A stretch of 64,000 bases of DNA from Mytilus edulis (Eukaryota): NCBI RefSeq assembly GCF_963676685.1, contig NC_092355.1, forward strand, positions 11,222,001-11,286,000, given 5' to 3'. Below are positions 61,203 to 64,000 of the stretch, piece by piece; the first letter of the stretch is position 1; each line of letters starts with the position of its first letter. The notes under the pieces are model-generated. The model was not told the origin of the DNA and made no database searches. It saw nothing but the letters and a program-made list of their open reading frames with translations. A program made the position numbers and the translations under genes.

Positions 61203-62814
61203 AGAAATGAACATAGGGTTACGAAAGCTCTTTTAAATACAAAGTATAACGTTAGCGCATCCCCCCTTTTTCTCTTCGTATGCACGGTGATACTTTAAAC
61301 ATGTTAAAGATGCATAAACACCTCAAGAGTAAAAATGAAAAAAATAACATTATTTCATATCTTTAATGTGTCTATTTCTAGTCAAAATCTATCAAAAGGT
61401 CGATTATTTTTTCCCCGGCATTTTTACACCGAAAAGGGGAATAATCGATCTGAATCAATTCAGTGTTTAAATGTCGCCGCGTAAGGACTTGAATATCATT
61501 TATCTATAAAGATCGCATTGGCACACCCCATTAACATTTATTGATCTCTTTAAAACTTGGCATATTTATTCTTAGAAAGCTCATGAATACCAAGATTGCT
61601 GTTTCTTGTTTTTAAAATGAATACAACATTATAAAAATTGACAAGATAGTTGACTTTTGGTGTGGCCACGGTTGGATTGTATGTCACTTCTGTTATTTTT
61701 TATTTCAAAAGGGCACATTTAAAGAAAGAAACAGCTGTTACGGGAAAGATAGCATCTTTGTCAACCAAATACAACTTTATTTTCATTCATTTGTCTAGTT
61801 CTTTGGGGTGTGCCAGGCTCTTGAAGTTGGACGTTCAAACGCCATATTTGAATGCTGGCCGTTACCATGGTAACCAGGTGGGGAGTTCTGATACACCAGA
61901 AATTAAAACTTAGGATGATATTAGGGATGATAAAAATAAGTTCTGGGTAAGAAAGTTTCTAAATATTCTAAATAATTTCAAATTTCATTGATTTTTATAT
62001 GAATAAATAGCAGATTTACTCCAGAACAGCATTAACCTACCTGCGTGCACGCAATTGTTTGGAATTAATAATCTTTTTTTTTTAAATGTGAGTGCCAATG
62101 AAACAACTCTCTAACCAAGTCACAATGTATGAAATTTAACAATTATAGGTCAAAGTACAGCCTTTACTTGAGTCTTGGCTCCCACCGAGCAGCAAGCTAT
62201 AAAGGGTCCCATAATGACTAGCGTAAAACAATTCAAACTGGAAAACCAACGATATAATCTATATAAAAAAGAAACGAGACACGCTTATGGGCCACATCAA
62301 CAAACTTCAACCTCTAAACAACGGCACCTGACTTAGGACGGTATTCAAAATTTAAACAACCCTAGTACATTACGTAATGCAGTCTAATTTTCCTTTTAAT
62401 TGAAATCTGAACTAGATTTACCAAAACATTAAAAGGTATATAATTAAATACAGCTTGGGAATTGGGCCACGTGGCTATCCTTTTTTTCCTTCGAATGCAA
62501 AGCGGGTTAATGGACCTTTTTAAGAATGGAGGAAAGAGTTTCATTATTGCTAATTACATGAATTTTGATTTATGTTGAAGGCTGTTTGGTTACCCTTAAA
62601 TGGGCTTCTTCTCCTTGTTGTATGAGCTCAAGTAGATAGTTGTACCATTTGCAATCAAAATTTATTTTTTCTACTTAGTATGAATGTTCAATCCGGAGAT
62701 GTTATTCCATAAACTTATTTTTGTATTTTAAGTTTTCAAAATCGTTCGTTTGACACTTTTAAATATGTCAAGTCAATCTAATATTGAATTAAGGGACAAC
62801 TAAAAAGTACTTAC

Positions 62815-62984
62815 ATTAACAAAAGCAAATCCACTATCCGTTTGAAAATTCTTTAAAATTATTCGAATCACCAATCCAGGTGTGACGGTAATATAATAAT
62901 AACAATTACTGTTTATAGGGTAGGTGCCAGGAACATTTTGGGAATTGAATGATCCAGCCATTTCTGTATGATATCCACCACAAC
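62815..62984 (-). pseudogene. CUB-domain gene exon (N-terminal half of the second visible CUB)
   Basis: TTTTTTCAAAG acceptor, phase 1; (S)CGGYHTEMAGSFNSQNVPGTYPINSNCYYYITVTPGLVIRIILKNFQTDSGFAFVN; GTAAGT donor, phase 0. Confidence 0.9.
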
Positions 62985-63301
62985 CTTTGAAAAAAACAGA
63001 TAATTCGAATTTAGATATGTGACAAATGTATTTCGAGTTAAGTTTTTTGTTTGAAGTCTGCGGCATTCTAATTATATAGCTGTATATGCTTAGTGACACT
63101 TTTTTTAACGGTTGCTTTTATACCAAGAACAGTTTGTAAATTAGAAATGAAAAAATGTAAACCTATCCAGTTAGATTTGTTAAAATTATATAAGTGATTA
63201 TACTTTTTTATTTTTTAGCAAAACCATTACAAACGATGTCATATCATAATGGTAAATACAATATACTTCAAGTAAAGAGTATATTTATTATATAAACGTA
63301 C

Positions 63302-63470
63302 TTTGACTTAACGTTATATACTGTGCATCGAATCCATAATCTGTAACGGTACCATCTGAGTGAAAATGGATCATCATTTTGTTTGTAGTTGACATTCCTA
63401 CAGTACCTGCCGAAACATGTCGTCTTAAATCTACCAACAATTATTGGTTTATTGTAGTTCTGTCATATAC
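63302..63470 (-). pseudogene. CUB-domain gene exon (C-terminal half of the first visible CUB) with in-frame TAA
   Basis: TTTACAG acceptor, phase 0; VYDRTTINQ*LLVDLRRHVSAGTVGMSTTNKMMIHFHSDGTVTDYGFDAQYITLSQ; GTACGT donor, phase 1; stop at 63443-63441. Missed by the ORF track. Confidence 0.9.
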
Positions 63471-63880
63471 CTGTAAATATAAAAATTAGCAGACTCTTAT
63501 ATTGTGCCTCTACTAGATACCTTATAGCACCAAGACAGATATACATCTATAATACTTTTAAAAAAGATATAAACAAGTGAGATGTCAAATTGTCTTTCCT
63601 TCACGAACTGACTGTTTTCTGAAATAGCAATGCAATCAGTCATGAATATGTGCAAATTTCTGATACAAACAAATGCGGACGGCAAATAGAGCATACATGC
63701 AAACTACGTGTCTATAATATGAAAACAATTCTACGCATTGAATGAAACATTCACATAGTACACCTTCCTACCGTTTCACTGAATACAGATAAATTAATAT
63801 TAAAAAAAGATATTTTCTGCTTTTCGCTTACTTTCTTACAGAAAATAATTAAATCATACATTAATTGTTAAAAGTATTAC

Positions 63881-64000
63881 CTTCAAATATTCACAACAGC
63901 TTTCAGTGCGAAAATCCTTGATTATTAGTTCTATTATATATCCCGTAGCCACTGTGATATAGTAATAACAGTCAACTGTAAGAGGATAGTTGACTCGATA
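63881..64000 (-). pseudogene. CUB-domain gene exon (N-terminal half of the first visible CUB), continues beyond the window
   Basis: YRVNYPLTVDCYYYITVATGYIIELIIKDFRTESCCEYLK then AAG/GTAATA donor, phase 0, compatible with the next exon. Confidence 0.9.

Noticed and set aside
62800-63099. Single-exon 99-aa CUB ORF as given in the track
   Set aside because: Only 62815-62984 is exonic; the rest is intron read-through.

Overview
AT-rich, repeat-dense eukaryotic DNA with spliceosomal introns; the repeat families (hammerhead retrozyme-like units, Helentron-associated HINE elements, a tRNA-derived SINE, Penelope-like fragments) point to a bivalve, most likely a Mytilus mussel (inference). No prokaryotic features. 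Main contents: (1) a ~10.1-10.4 kb segment in three tandem copies (~9.6-43.3 kb) plus older inverted partial copies at 3.3-8.3 kb, each copy with its own insertions; (2) a 7.0 kb 5'-truncated Tx1/L1-clade LINE on the minus strand (45991-53027) with a 14-bp TSD and poly(A), which unusually carries a long extra ORF with hydrophobic, membrane-like segments between ORF1 and ORF2 (the most novel signal in the window); (3) two intact-looking minimal type I hammerhead ribozymes and several decayed ones; (4) three exons of a CUB-domain gene on the minus strand at the right edge, with an in-frame stop; (5) MITEs, satellites and a few candidate decayed exons. Most short ORFs in the supplied track are non-coding noise.
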